DNA from: Vicugna vicugna
Taxonomy: Eukaryota
Direction of reading: 5' to 3'
Length of the DNA: 64,000 nt
Assembly: GCA_013265495.1 (NCBI GenBank)
Contig: MU058584.1
Coordinates: 2,732,508 to 2,796,507 of the forward strand
Every line of letters begins with the position of its first letter. Position 1 is the stretch's first letter. Both the position numbers and the translations under genes were made by a program. Below are positions 49,701 to 62,420 of the stretch, piece by piece. The notes beneath the pieces are model-generated. The model was not told where the DNA came from. It saw only the letters and a program-made list of their open reading frames with translations, and did no database searches.

Positions 49701-52700
49701 CCAACTTAGATTAGGAAATACTGTCAATCAGAGGAAATGACAGTGGGGAACAGGGGTGGTCAAGAGGGAGGAGAAGTTGAGTACATCAACTACAGAAAGC
49801 TGAGAGGGGGACATGAGTGTCGGGACCCCTCTGCGGGCACCGCTGCTCTGTTGGACAGATAATGAGTCTCTAAGTCAGCCCTCTCCCATTTAAACCTCCA
49901 GAGTGATGACTGATGCCAGAGGGTACCCAATTTGTTAGAATTTTCATAAACCAGTCATTCAGAATGTCACTTGTCTAGAATGCCTCACCTAGATGTGTTG
50001 ATAACTCCAGTTACTGCAGGAGCTGCTATAAATTTTCTGATTGTTGTAACCAGCCAGCACATTCATTGTATGCAAAGACTACATTTAAAATGCCTTGAAT
50101 GTTAATTACTTTTAAGTAATTTAAGCAATCTCCCAGAATTTTATTCTTGCTCTTTATCTGCATTTCTAGTGTGTGAAGGTGGATTTCATGTGGGCACATT
50201 TCTGCAAACGATCCATCAGTTCTGAATGCAAGAGACACTGGGCGTGTGTGTATTTCTCCTGCACACCTGGGCCATCCAGCATCCTTTGACAAGAACTGAG
50301 ATCCAGTCTGCGAGCAGGAACCATCCTCAAACATGAATTTCCCCACCGCTCTGGAGAAAGCAGGGGCAGCGGTGAGTGGTAATTTGGAGGCTTAGGGCAT
50401 GACAAGTGGACCTTTTCCACTATACATAAAATCTGTCCTCACTCAGCCTGGAATCGGAAGCAGGACGATTGAAACTCTCTACGTTGCCATGGTTCTTTCC
50501 AAGTTGTTCATACAGAGCTGATGGGACGCACAGGCTACGATTCCTGCAAAGTGTCCTAAACAATCCCCAAAAGAAACTCTTTCAGCCTTTACCTCTGGTC
50601 CAGGGCATGTCAAACATCCTCACCCAGGACTGCGTTCTTTCCTCCAGCTTTCTTTGAGTAACCTGTAAGGCAGCTCAGTAATTATTTCTATCCACAAGTT
50701 AGTCTCAGTTGTTCCCCTAATTTATGATGTGGCCCCAAGGTACCCCATGTAAGGCAAGCCCCTCGCCCACATATATCACAAGTGCTTCAACATCAGGGCA
50801 GACCCCAAGCCTAAAATGTATCCGTTTGCTCTTGGAGGACACAGGTAAGAGCAAACCACGTCTGCAGTAAGACGGGGTCGCTAAAGACAGCAAGAGCCCA
50901 CCCGGGCCTCATCAGTTTCACGTGGTACTGGAAACTCCTCTCCAATCACAAAGCATGACTTCGGACTGGTCCTCCCACCATCGCCTCCCCAGTGGAGCTT
51001 AATCAAGCCGTGGATATTCTTGGTTGCTCTGGTACCCATGTACACTGATGTTCTCCAGAGGTTTGTGTCCCCTTTCAAGCCCTCTTCCCCTTAAGGACTG
51101 GAACTTGGGGTGTCACTGCCCCTTCCAGTAGCAGATGGCCTTTGCCCTCAAACACGCCAGACCCTAGCTCATTCCCCAGAGTGCTGCTGACTCCCCTGGG
51201 GACCCTCAAAGTTTCCCAGCCTCCAAAAGGCAGAGACAGACGGAGACCCGTGTTCAGGCTTGGTTTACAGCTCACGCTGGCAAGGTTTTGCGTCATTTCA
51301 ACACTTTTGCATATAATGTCATCCCCTAAGGTTAAACTTTGACTTAGGACCACTTAGGATGGATTTTTCCCCCTTCCACTTATGTGAACACCATTTTTTC
51401 CATGTACATGTGCTACCTTCAGAAAGAAAAACATCTTTCCTTAATAAAAAGTCGTATATAGCGTTTAGCTTTGATATGAGCTAACTCCCTGCACATTTTA
51501 AAGAGATTTTCAATGATTTCTTCCAAGTCTGTGTCATTCGAAAGCTGATATTTATATTTAACAAATTGACCCATTTACTTGGAAGATCCATGATTCAGCC
51601 CTGTCATCAGACTCACTCCTGTCCACCCACCTTAGAGAGAGGGGTGGCGCCATCTCTCCCCTTTCTCTCTGGCTGTCAGTCACCCGCAGGGCGAAGCACA
51701 CAGGCCTCAGACTTGGCATGTTCTGTACATAAAGCTCCCTGTGGGAAATTCTGTAAGTTCCTATTTTCCCCCATTCTAGGAGTTGCACAAAGGGCAGACA
51801 CAGTAATTTCAGTTTTTTAGGTGAGAAAACCCAGCTACTGGGCGTGAAATCCCCCTGGATTTCCCAGTAACATGAAGTACTGACAGCGGGTTCCATGTTC
51901 CCATCTTTTAAGACTGACCCCCTGGGCCGTGATCATCTTATAGATTTCCCAAACTCCCTGTAGAGTCGTCATGGGTGAATGCCATCAGCCGACAGGAGAG
52001 GGACTGAAAACGTACTCCATGAATGCTCACAAGTTAATCACCTTCCAAAATGAAGTCACACAAATGGATCACAAGATAAGCCTGGGAACAATCAGAGCAT
52101 ATTTCCTTTTAAGTCGATCGCAGTAGTAAAAATCTCACCTTCGTCGTAGTTAACCTGACATTGCTGGGATATTGCAGCCATCCTCCGTGCTGAAAGGAGA
52201 GAAGAGGAGAGGGGACCATTTGGGTTAAAGGTCCTCTCATCCCACTCACCTCACCCACTGTAATTGCTGGTCATGCCTACGTGCCCATTCAGTAATCAAA
52301 TGGTCGTGGGACACTTTTCTGAACAGTGCTGCCCAGTGGTCTGCAAGGTTGCCTCGTGCCAGCCCCTGTCTTTCCCCAAGCAGCCTACAGACTGCTGGGA
52401 GAGACGGCCGAGGAAGGCAGAGGTTTCAGAACAGGGCAATGGATGCTCTGAGATAAGCACAGGTGTGACGAAAGCACAGAGTGATGCCTTAAAGTAAGAT
52501 CCAGCCAGATGTGCTTTGCAGTCATTCCAAAGTGGCGTGGAATGATGCCCTCAAAGAAAGTGGTCGTGGAATTCTTGAAACTTTGCCTTCTAGTATTTTG
52601 CATTAAATCCCCTTCCATGTGTAGCTGCCCTATATGTCTACTAAGTGAAATTTCATAAGCCTATTAGGCAAGGCTTTGTAATTTTGTGGGTTTTTATTGT

Positions 52701-53119
52701 GCTTCGTATGCCATGGCTTTTTAAAACATGAAATGTTTGATTTGGTCTGCCCATACTATTGAACAAATAATCAATGGGAAATAACCATCATAAAATGTTC
52801 CAAGACATGGAAGCATGCAGGTCCACTGTGAGGACAAGCCAGCAAGCAGAGCTTTACAAAGAATGGACAAAAAGAACATCGCCAGTTGCCCTCATACTCA
52901 AGGTACTGCTTTCAAGGTACTGCTTGAGCACACTCATACTAACCGTGAGTAAAATTAAAAAGTAGTACTTGTTTACTGCAAATCGCAGTATTAGTAGTGC
53001 TTATGAACAAGTCTCCCTGAATTTGAGTTTGACAGTAAAACTACCTGTAAGTAGGGTGGGTTCTATCGCTCACATGTTACAGACAGGAAACTGAGGCTTG
53101 GATAAGTGGTTGATATGCC

Positions 53120-53440
53120 TTGGGCGCGGGGGGTGGGAGGGGAGGGTGCTGAGCCCCGGCCCCTCCCCTCTGCCCACCGTGGCCGGGGCCGGGGGCGCCG
53201 TGGCCGGCGCGGGCACCCCGGCCTCTCCCGCCCCGCGGGGCTGGAGCGCTGCGGGGTGGAGCCCCGCGCCGAGGGCTGGCGCTGGTCGGCCGGACTCGGG
53301 GTTCCCCGGGGGCGCTCGGGGGCCCCGCCTCGCCGGCCCAGGCGCTCAGCCCTTAGCACGCGGCGTTAGATAATCCCCGGGACAGCCAAGGCGCTTTCGC
53401 AGCCAAACCACAGGGAGGGGACGAGGCCGGCGGAGGGAGG
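53120..53440. promoter_or_regulatory. Small orphan CpG island upstream of LMX1A
   Basis: Abrupt ~300-bp GC/CpG-dense patch (e.g. ggccggggccgggggcgccgtggccggcgcggg) in CpG-depleted surroundings; no associated coding exon. Confidence 0.7.
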
Positions 53441-54418
53441 AGGCTGGGAACTGTTTGTTGTTGCTTTTTCTGAATTCAAAGAAAACCAGGGAACAGAGGG
53501 AAGGAGGGAGCAAAGTTCAAGGGAGAATCTGGCGAGTTACCTTGGGCAGACCCCTGGCCCACTTCCAGAACTCTCTCTTGGAAGGGGTGAGGCTGCCGAG
53601 TGTGTGATGAGTGCTCAGTGAGTATTCATTGCGGATGATGGATGACTGGTCTGGAATCCTTCCACACCACAAATTTGTTCCTCTGCACACCCAGGCAACC
53701 AAGAAGCCAAAAGAGGGGATGTGGGGCGGGAATCTAGGTGCTGCCTTGGCTGCAGTTTCTCTCTGCTGCTGGCACCGGAGCCTCCCCAGCTCTTAGCCCC
53801 GCCCTCCAGCATCCTTTTCGACTCCACTCCTTCTTTTCTTTCCCTGCTCAGGCGGACTGGTCCCTGGAAGCAGCTCAGTTACTTCTTCCTCTCCAAGTGC
53901 GCTCTCACACTTCCAGTCCGAGCCCAGCCTCCCCAGGCAGAGTTCAGCGCAAAAGTCTTCTGGCTAGAACTAGCGAGGACAGCCTCCCTGCCTCCCTGCC
54001 TCCAGCCTTCCCTCTGCTGTTCCCCTCCCCCCAACCGCACAGCTGCCAGAATCGAGTTTCCGTTCCCTGGTTTTGATCATGTAACATCCCCACTTGGAGG
54101 ACGGGAGTCAGTCCCTGTGGCCTTATATGTCAAGTCTCAATTTCTAACCGTGAGCATTCAGGTCCACCCTCATAGCCACCATCTTTCCTGCCCCCCTCTT
54201 CCCTCCAAATTCTTCCAATGCCAAATTCTTCAGATTATGCAAAATTTTATAGCCACTCCCTCCCCTGCCCCACCACTTAGTCATTCAGCAAGTATTTATC
54301 CAGCATCTGCAAAGTGATGGGCTGCAAACGCAATAAAGAACAAGAAAAAAAAAATCACCTTCAGCCTCACAGACTCTACAGCCAAGTAAGCAAGACAGTT
54401 GAACAAGAAATGAAATTT

Positions 54419-54535
54419 GGGAGGGTGGGGGAGGGGTAGGTCGAGAGCGTAGCTCAGTGGTAGAGCATGTATTTAGCACGCGTGAGGTCCTGGGTTCAAT
54501 TCCAAGTATCTCCATTAAAAAATTTTTTTTTCAAA
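54419..54535 (+). mobile_element. tRNA-Ala-derived SINE (camelid vic-1-like)
   Basis: G-rich leader; A box TAGCTCAGTGG (54450-54460); AGC anticodon remnant; B box GGTTCAATTCC (54493-54503); A/T tail; TSD aagaaatgaaattt (54405-54418) / aagaaatggacttt (54536-54549). Confidence 0.88.
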
Positions 54536-55189
54536 AAGAAATGGACTTTTCTTGCTCCCAATTGCCAGTGAAACAACATAGTTCATATTTAAACCTGAAC
54601 ACAATTATGTGAAATAAACCAATAAACAAACATGCTCAGCTGAAAGACTGAAAGACATAAACCAAAGTAGTTGTCCCTGGACAATTAGGTATCGGAATAG
54701 GGTAACTATCTCCTTCCTTCTCCTTTTAGGTAGCTTCCACCATTTCACTGCTGATCAGGTATTAATTTTATAATAATAAACAGACTGTTTTGTGAAAGCA
54801 ATTATCAAAAAATAGAAAATAAAGGTAAGAAATTATCTTTTTCTGATTAAAAAGGCCATGTCATTTCTTTTAAGAAAACTCTGAAACCACAGAAAACATA
54901 AGTAAGAAAATAAAACTCATCCACAATTCCAATATTAACACACAAAGAGTATCAACATTAAATGTTGTTATGACCTAACCACTGTCATAATTTTTTCATA
55001 AAATTAAGCTCACCTTGCGCACAATGTCACAGAACCATTTTTTACTTAACGTATTATATTTAGTTTTTCTTGGCATTTGAAGGGTTCTGCAACAGCATTA
55101 TTCATGTTTTCAAAATATACGGCATATGAACCATAATGGGTTTAATCAATCCTTATACATAAATCATTGTGCTTGTCCCTAAAGGGGAA

Positions 55190-55420
55190 GAGAATTGCGG
55201 AGGATGGAAAGAGACTTTTGACTCACTCAGACATGGATTCAAATCCAGGCTTTACCTCTAGTCCACTGTAACGTTAGGCAAATTCACTAAGTCTTATTTT
55301 TCTCACCCACCACATGGTGATAATAGCATCCTCTGTACAGGATTCTTGTGAGAACAAAATAAAACAATGTGTTGAGATTGTTGGCTGTGCCTGCATCTCA
55401 GTAGTTGGTAGCTCTGGTTA
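55190..55420 (+). mobile_element. MIR inside an old minus-strand L1ME-like remnant (~54830-55540)
   Basis: gacatggattcaaatccaggct...ttaggcaaattcactaa...ggattcttgtgagaa; flanks AT-rich with L1ME 3'-type motifs (ggagtacattcctagaagt). Confidence 0.6.
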
Positions 55421-55581
55421 TTTCCTTGGAGTACATTCCTAGAAGTCAAACTTTTGGGTGAAGCAGTTTGACCTTTCTGAAGTTTTTTGTGACATACTTC
55501 CAGGTTGCACTATTTAAAAAAAAAAGTGTATAAATTTCATTTAAAGGAAGAAGGAGGCGGGGAAATGCTTAAAAATCGAAC

Positions 55582-55848
55582 AATATTTAAATCAAAAAAT
55601 CAGGGAAGGGACAGATTAGGAGTTTGGGATTAACAGATTCACATTACTATATATAAATAGGTTAAAAAAAACCAACTAGGACCTACTGTACAGCACAGGG
55701 AACTATATTCAAATTCTTGTAATAACATATAACGGAAAAGAATCTGAAAAATAAATATATGTATGTGCATGTATAACCGAATCACTTTGCTGTACACCTG
55801 AAACTAACATTGTAAATCAACTACACTTTAATAAAAATTAAAATTAAA
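55582..55848 (+). mobile_element. Short 5'-truncated L1 3' end
   Basis: attaggagtttgggattaacaga...gctgtacacctgaaactaacattgtaaatcaact...aataaa; perfect 11-bp TSD aaaaatcgaac (55571-55581 / 55849-55859) at a TT|AAAA site. Confidence 0.92.
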
Positions 55849-57319
55849 AAAAATCGAACTTGCCTTGAGTCCTGTGTGCCAGTACTGTCATGGGCTCACT
55901 CAGGAACACAGACATTAGCAGACCCTCCCCACCCTTCAAATGTCATCGTCTGGTTGCTCCCCAGCCTTCTCTCCACCAGCACCCATCCCTCCTCCTCCAG
56001 GGAGTCTTCCTAGATGCATCCTCAGTGGTCTCCTCCAGGGAACCCCTCTTTAAGACCCTTCTCTACTGAACACTTCAGGTGCTTCTTGGCCACATGTTGC
56101 TTGAGACTTTTGCAACTTCTGCCACGTGTACCCACCGCCTCCTCCATCAGACTAAGGACTTCTGAAAGCCAAGACCAAAGCTAAGCTGGGAAAATGAAAC
56201 GGCTTTTAGCGCTTTAGTTAAGCATTTGCTGTTTGGGAAGAGAAGAAATTGTCCCCAAGTCAGAAGTGTTTAGGAAGATCTGAATACATGGAAATGCCAT
56301 ACTTAAAGATGCCAGCTTAGAGGTAAGAAAGTTAGGACTGCAGCAGGGACTGGGCCCTCTCAAAGGTCCCACAGATGGAACAGAGCCCTCTCTACTGACA
56401 TTCCCTGTCACTCTGCCTCCCTCCTGCCACTGGGCCACCTCCCAGCAGCGTGCATGTTTTATTGCTCAGCCAAAGCCCCGTGTTATCCGCCGCGCTATCT
56501 CAATTTGAAAAATCTTGCCCTTGACTCTTGCTTTCATGCAGCCCGCTGCCCTGCTATCTGTCCAGATCACTTCTGCATTTGGACCCCACACTCCCACCCA
56601 CCACCCTTCCTTGAACCGGGAGGGATAACAGCGCCCGTGCCCACCCCGGCATTCCTGCACATCCCAGACATGAAAGCGGGTGGGAGGCACGCGGACTCCT
56701 CCCCGATGTCCTTCTTTTTACCTTACATCCCTTTCACTTTGATGTCAGGAGAAGATTTGAAAGAAAAGAATCTAACCTGACCTACTACCCTGGAATGCCA
56801 AGAAAAACAATTTCCCGGCCGGCAGAGCTCAGTCGGCAGAGGGTGGACGTGGATGCACTGGGCAGGGACGGGTCTGTTTTCTGAACTCCTGTTCCACCTC
56901 AGGGCTGACCAGCGGGACCTTTGGCTGGAAGCCTCCAGAGCTCCCCACTTACTGAGGTTCAAGCTCTTAGTGGGGCTCAGGAAGAGCCCTAGAAACTTCC
57001 CTGAAGTAGATTCAAAACCATAGAGAATTGTAAGGCTGGGTGGAATGGAGGGGGCAGGATTGGGTAGGGCGGGAAGGAGGACTTGCCCTCTTCCCAGGCC
57101 GGTACTGAGTGATGCTAAAATGCCTCTGGGAGACCTCAAGGGTCATCGTGGGGCTCTGCTTTCTCCTGCCCAGACCCCCAGATGCCGTGACTAGCATCTC
57201 CCCCCTTCCATTGCTTATGGCAACTATGCCCCTTTGTTCACCAGAGTGGAGTTTGGACGATAAAAGTCAGAGTGGGCTTTGAAAAGGGCTGTATTTTGGT
57301 GCATCGGAATTTGACCCTT

Positions 57320-58030
57320 GCCATGGACAACAGGCCCTCCTGGATGTGGCCCTTCATCCCCTTCATCTCCTCCTCTTGCTCACCAGATCACCAGATCACT
57401 GTTACCTGCTTACCTCTTGCTACTCATCAAACAAGCCTGCTCTTCCTGCCTCAGGGCCTTTACACTGGCTGTTACCTCATCTGCAGGGCATGTGGAACTT
57501 AGCGCCCCGAGTACGTGCCAACCTGCACAAAACGAGATGGCTTATAACCTGCCCTGCTTGCAGCCCATGCTACTTATACACCCACTCACGCACAGTTATA
57601 TGCACACTTACACTAACACATATACACGCACTTAAACACATACGCACTTACACAGACACAGCCTCTGAATAGAATTCTTTACCCTATCTGAGCATTCCTG
57701 GTGCCTCCTCTCCATTCACCTCTGTGACCAGTTGTCTCCTTTTCAGAAAAGTCTTTCCTAGCCCCTCTGTCTAGAATAACAATGCCCCTCCCCAACACAA
57801 GGTAGCCTTCTCTCCCTTTTTCTTGCACTGCTGTCTTCCTCATGGACTCCACCTAAAATAGAAGTATCTACTATGCGTTCCCTTGTTTCTTTTTCTATTC
57901 TTTTCTCCGAATGTAAACTCCACGAGAGCAGAGAACTGGTTCACTCACTGCCGAATCCAGAAATCTAGAGCAAAAGCTGACCCACGGCAGGAGCTGAGCA
58001 TCACATGCATGTGTAGTCAGTCACTAAAAG
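57320..58030 (+). mobile_element. Fragmented L2 with internal CA-rich low-complexity tract (~57580-57660)
   Basis: ttcctgcctcagggcctttacactggctgtt...gaatgtaaactccacgagagcagaga... Confidence 0.6.
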
Positions 58031-59109
58031 AACCGCCAGGAGTGTTTTTGATTCCTAGGGAAGAATTTTATGGAAGTTGAGAAAGTCTCAGTTGCCTAAT
58101 CTCTCCCCTCTGCCCCCTGAACTTTTTAAATTTTATTTTAATTCATCAGTGTTTCAATGGGCCTGCTGCCTGAGCAGGTTCTGCGGAGCTGGGACGCCCC
58201 CCACCCCAATTCCAGGTTCCCCCAGTGAGAAGGGTGAAGATTCTTGGCTGAAAGAGGAAGTCTTTGCAAGTGACCGCTTGTGGTCTGTAATGTAAACTTA
58301 CACCCCCAAGTCAAAAGCGTGTACTGAAGGGTGATATATCTTCCGTAAGTCATACCTCAGATTCCACTGTTTACAGAGGAAGTGCTGTTGCTGACAAGCA
58401 TAAGCCGCTTAGAAATATGACAGGAGTTATGAACCCTGCAAGAAGGAACCGTCCTGGAACTGGAAGGCTTGACGATGGAATTTCATTCTTTTTGCACAGA
58501 CATCTTAGTAACAAGTTGGAAATGCTTCTCTTCGGCATCTGACTAGGAGAGAAGCAAATAGCTCAGAAGGGAGGAGAGTTTGTGCAACAGAAAACTGCCC
58601 ATTGGCAGCTGTGTGATGCAGGGAATGAGATCCAGCCTCTGAAGGGAGCCCGGGAACCTGGGCTCTAGTCTCTTCCCGACCCCCAGACAATAATAAGTCC
58701 TTACATGCGGGGGGAGGGCATGACTAGTGCTCCCCAAGGTTTCAGATTCTCTTCTCCTTCTGAGCGCAAGTCCCTCAGAGTTGGATGTGTTCTTGCAGCT
58801 TGCTTTGGCCCGTGAAATGTGATTGGAATGATGTACGTTACTTCTGACGGAGAACATTTCAGAGCCTGCACGTGATTCCCCGTGTTTCCTCTCCTTGTCC
58901 CTGTGAACCCCGAGCCTTGTGTTGAGATGGTAGCAGCTCGGGTCTCAGAGTGTCCACCGTCAGTTGAGTTCCATCCTCCTCCATCTCTCGGCTGAGCATG
59001 TAGTATGTGGGAGGAACAAAGCCTTTTTTTTTTTTAAAGCCTTATCTTATATACAGAGATTCTGAGCTTTGTTACAGCAGCAAACCTGGCCTATCCTGAC
59101 CAATGTCGT

Positions 59110-59300
59110 CCACATAATAAGCCAGGTGTTCCACGTACGTTAACTCGCGTGATCGCACCCGTAACCCTGTGAGCCTCGTTTTACACTTGAGGAAACTGAA
59201 CCTCAGCGGGGCCGGGATCCAAAGCTCAGATTCAGAAACTGATTCCAAAGCTGATTTGCCTGCTTCCAAAGCTAGTTTCCTCTCCGCGGTGCTATGACAT
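59110..59300 (-). mobile_element. MIR fragment
   Basis: gttttacacttgaggaaactgaa core. Confidence 0.6.
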
Positions 59301-62259
59301 CTCCTCTTCTGGAAGAGAGTCAACTTTTATGTTTCTCCAGACCCGTGGGGCCCGTAGCCCTTGTTCTGGAACCGAGACTTCGAATTTGATTTGTTGTGGT
59401 CTGTGGCCTCATGGATTTTACAGTTTAAGGAGGGAATTAGAGAGATAAGTAAACACTTTTTTTCCCCCTAAAAAGCAGGTTAAAGAGCAGGGAGAGCACG
59501 AACCTGTGGAAGAGCAGGGCTGTGAGGCTGAGCAGGTTCGGGGGCCCGGGGGACCTTGCGGTGGGCGTGCGGGCCTGGGCCGGAGCAGCCTGACTGTCAC
59601 GGGCGGTGTAAGATTGACCAGGGTGCTGGAAGCCTCGGACTCCAAGCCTGGCCCCGCCAGTCTCGGTGAGTCACCTCTCTGGGACCACCGCCCAGACCTG
59701 GAAGAAACATCCTAGATTTGGACACTGCCTACAGACGATCATCACCTGGGGAGCTTTAAAAAGATGAATATCCAGCCACCCTCGGAGGTTAGGATTCACT
59801 AGCTTGGGCAACGCACAGGTCTCCACAGTTTTCAAAGAGTTTTGCTTTTTTTTTAATATATAAGGATTTGATGCATAGATGGATCTGGGTATCACCAGAC
59901 TGGATCATTCCAGGACATCTTTCTGTTATTTCAATGGCCCCTAGACCAGCACTGTGGGGGTCCATTTTTGTCAAGGGTGTTCCAGCCATTTCCAGAGTCC
60001 ACATCAGACCCCCCCAAGGCAGATCGATCTGAGGCTTCTGTCAGAGCTCTGGGAGCCACTCAAAGTCAGAGGCGCCAGAGGGGCAGGCTCCTGGGGGCCC
60101 CACGCCCACTTGTCAAGTGATACGTTGTGAATAAGACCTCCTTTTCTGGGTCCAAAGAGCTGGTGGGGCCAGGAGGGTTGGTCAGCAAAAGTTCCCTGGG
60201 GGCAGCCCCTACGCCTGCATGGGAGGTGATGCTCTGGGCCAGAGAGGTTTCATCTTGGTTTTGTGGCTGAGCTCCCCGCCTCGGTGTCACTCTTACTCTT
60301 GAATTCTATCTGCCAGGCCATGTTTTCCTGGCCTGCACAGAACTAGCAGCCAACCTCCAGAGCATCTTCAGATCTGGCTCTTGATAGAGTCTCCTCCAGG
60401 ACCTCAGTCCCTTCCCGTCTGTCCTCTTGACACCAGTGAAGTGACCTGTGGGCTTGGTTGGAGGAGAAACCACAGCAGTGGCAGAGAGCCGGCAGAGGGG
60501 CCCTCCAGCTTCCCCATGGCCTCTTGGCAGAGCTCAGGGTGGCCTCTTGGCTGGCATAATGCAGCTGGGCTGCTGAGTGGCCCTGGTGCCAGCCTCCAAA
60601 GAGCAGGGCAGGACGTGCAACTGCTCTGGTGGGGGAGTGCATTCTTGTTCCTAGGAGTCTAGAGGGATCACGCTGCAAATTAGCCATCCAATTAAGGCAA
60701 CCAAAGGCTTATGCCCATTTCATCATCAACACAGGCAGGCAGCTTAATATAACAGAGGAAAAGCCTTACGTGGCCCCCACGTGCCTCCCTGAGGCTTCTG
60801 AGCCACACCAGGAATGTCCAGGGCAGTGGCAGCAGTGTCGTCTGTCTCTCCAAGGCCAGTCTCTTGCTGAAGGTACACAGGGCACCCACTGGCTGCCTTG
60901 ACTCCTCTTGTTGGCATTACAACCACATGCAACCCCCGTCTCCTCCACACTACACAATGCCAGAGAGGTTCAGGTTTTGCACACAATCCAGGTGCCACAT
61001 GCCACATCTATATCCTGGCCAGTGCCCTGTGGTGTGACTTGAGAAGCACTGAGGAAGCCTGTGGCCCCAAATGACTCAATTATCTCCCCATCATGGTACC
61101 AAAATCTGCCAGCATCACCTATTTATCTCAGTCCTACACCTTGCCAACGTCCAAAAAGGATTTGAAGAGACACACAATAAGTGACATTGTTACCCATCAA
61201 ACTGTTAAGAGGAAGGAAGGAGGCCAACGAGCAGATGTTGAAGAAGGCTAAGGTGAAGGGGAGAGATAAGAAGAATGACTGTACCAGAAGAACAAATGTA
61301 AGGCATTCCTGCCGTCTGGTGCAAAAGTTGACCCTGAGCATCCTGTCGGCCAGGATGAAAATAGGAACTAGAGTATATTACAATTCCCTAAGCTGTCTAT
61401 ATGAGAAAATACACCAGATAGTGTGGAAAGGCAAGGCTTTCTCAGCTCTGAAAGAACGGGAACACTTTATTTTCAAGACCTTTGTGTAAATATCACTGAA
61501 CCATAAAATAGTAGCTCCCAAAGGAGTGCCACCAAAATGGCCCTGTCTAGAAAGAATCATGATAAATTATCATTTTGTGGCAAAATTTCTGTAAGAAGCT
61601 GGAGTCGTATATTTTAGGATTATAGTCTGCAGTGATTGGGCTGGATATTTATCCTTATGGATATATATTCATGGTTCCATGGGACTAAAATGGCCTCTAT
61701 GGGGTCAAACGAGGGATGGTAATCTGGGTTTCAAATTGCACAAACCCTCGGATGCTGGAAGGTGTGAATGCATAAAGTGTAGGCAGCAGAGAATAGCTGA
61801 GGGTGGTTGAGGGGTGAGAGTTCATGAGCCAGGTCCTACCTCAACTGGGGGCACGCCATCTTTGTTCTGCTTGGGAAAAACTGCCAGCACACGAGTGTGT
61901 ACAGAACCACACCCACAGTCTAGCAGATCATCTTTCAGAGTCCTTTTCAGCCCTCTCCTCCATGAAGCCTGCTCTGATTACCTCTGCTAGGAGAGAGGTA
62001 ATCTCTTCTGAGCCCGTTTACTCTTTGCTTACACCTCTTTACGAGACTTGCCGTAATCTGTTTTGTAACGTGGTTATGTAAGTATGGACATCTGGCTTTT
62101 ACAATCTCTAAGAGCAGGCACCAAGCCCCACACACCGAAGTATTTAATTTAAATTCACACATTAAGTACTGAGCATGAGCCAGGCTCTGCTCCAGAGAGT
62201 TAAGCCCTCCATTTGGAGCACACACATTTTTCCAATTTTTCATTTCATAAATAATCCTT

Positions 62260-62420
62260 TCATTTAATCAGTAAATATATACGTATTGAACACTTACGCG
62301 GTACCAGACACTGTTTTCGGTTCTGGGGATACAGTGGGAAACAAAATAGATGTCTCCTGGTCCTTGACATCCCCTAGATAGTTTCCTTGTCTCCGTGAGG
62401 GAGACAGAAAGTAAACAAAT
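62260..62420 (-). mobile_element. L2 3' end
   Basis: tattgaacacttac...ccagacactgttttcggttctggggatacagtgggaacaaaataga. Confidence 0.75.

Noticed and set aside
52898..52925. 14-bp direct repeat tcaaggtactgctt x2
   Set aside because: Simple slippage duplication; no array or spacer structure.
54445..54515. Apparent tRNA-Ala gene
   Set aside because: Acceptor and anticodon stems are disrupted, and it has a TSD and tail: a SINE, not a tRNA.
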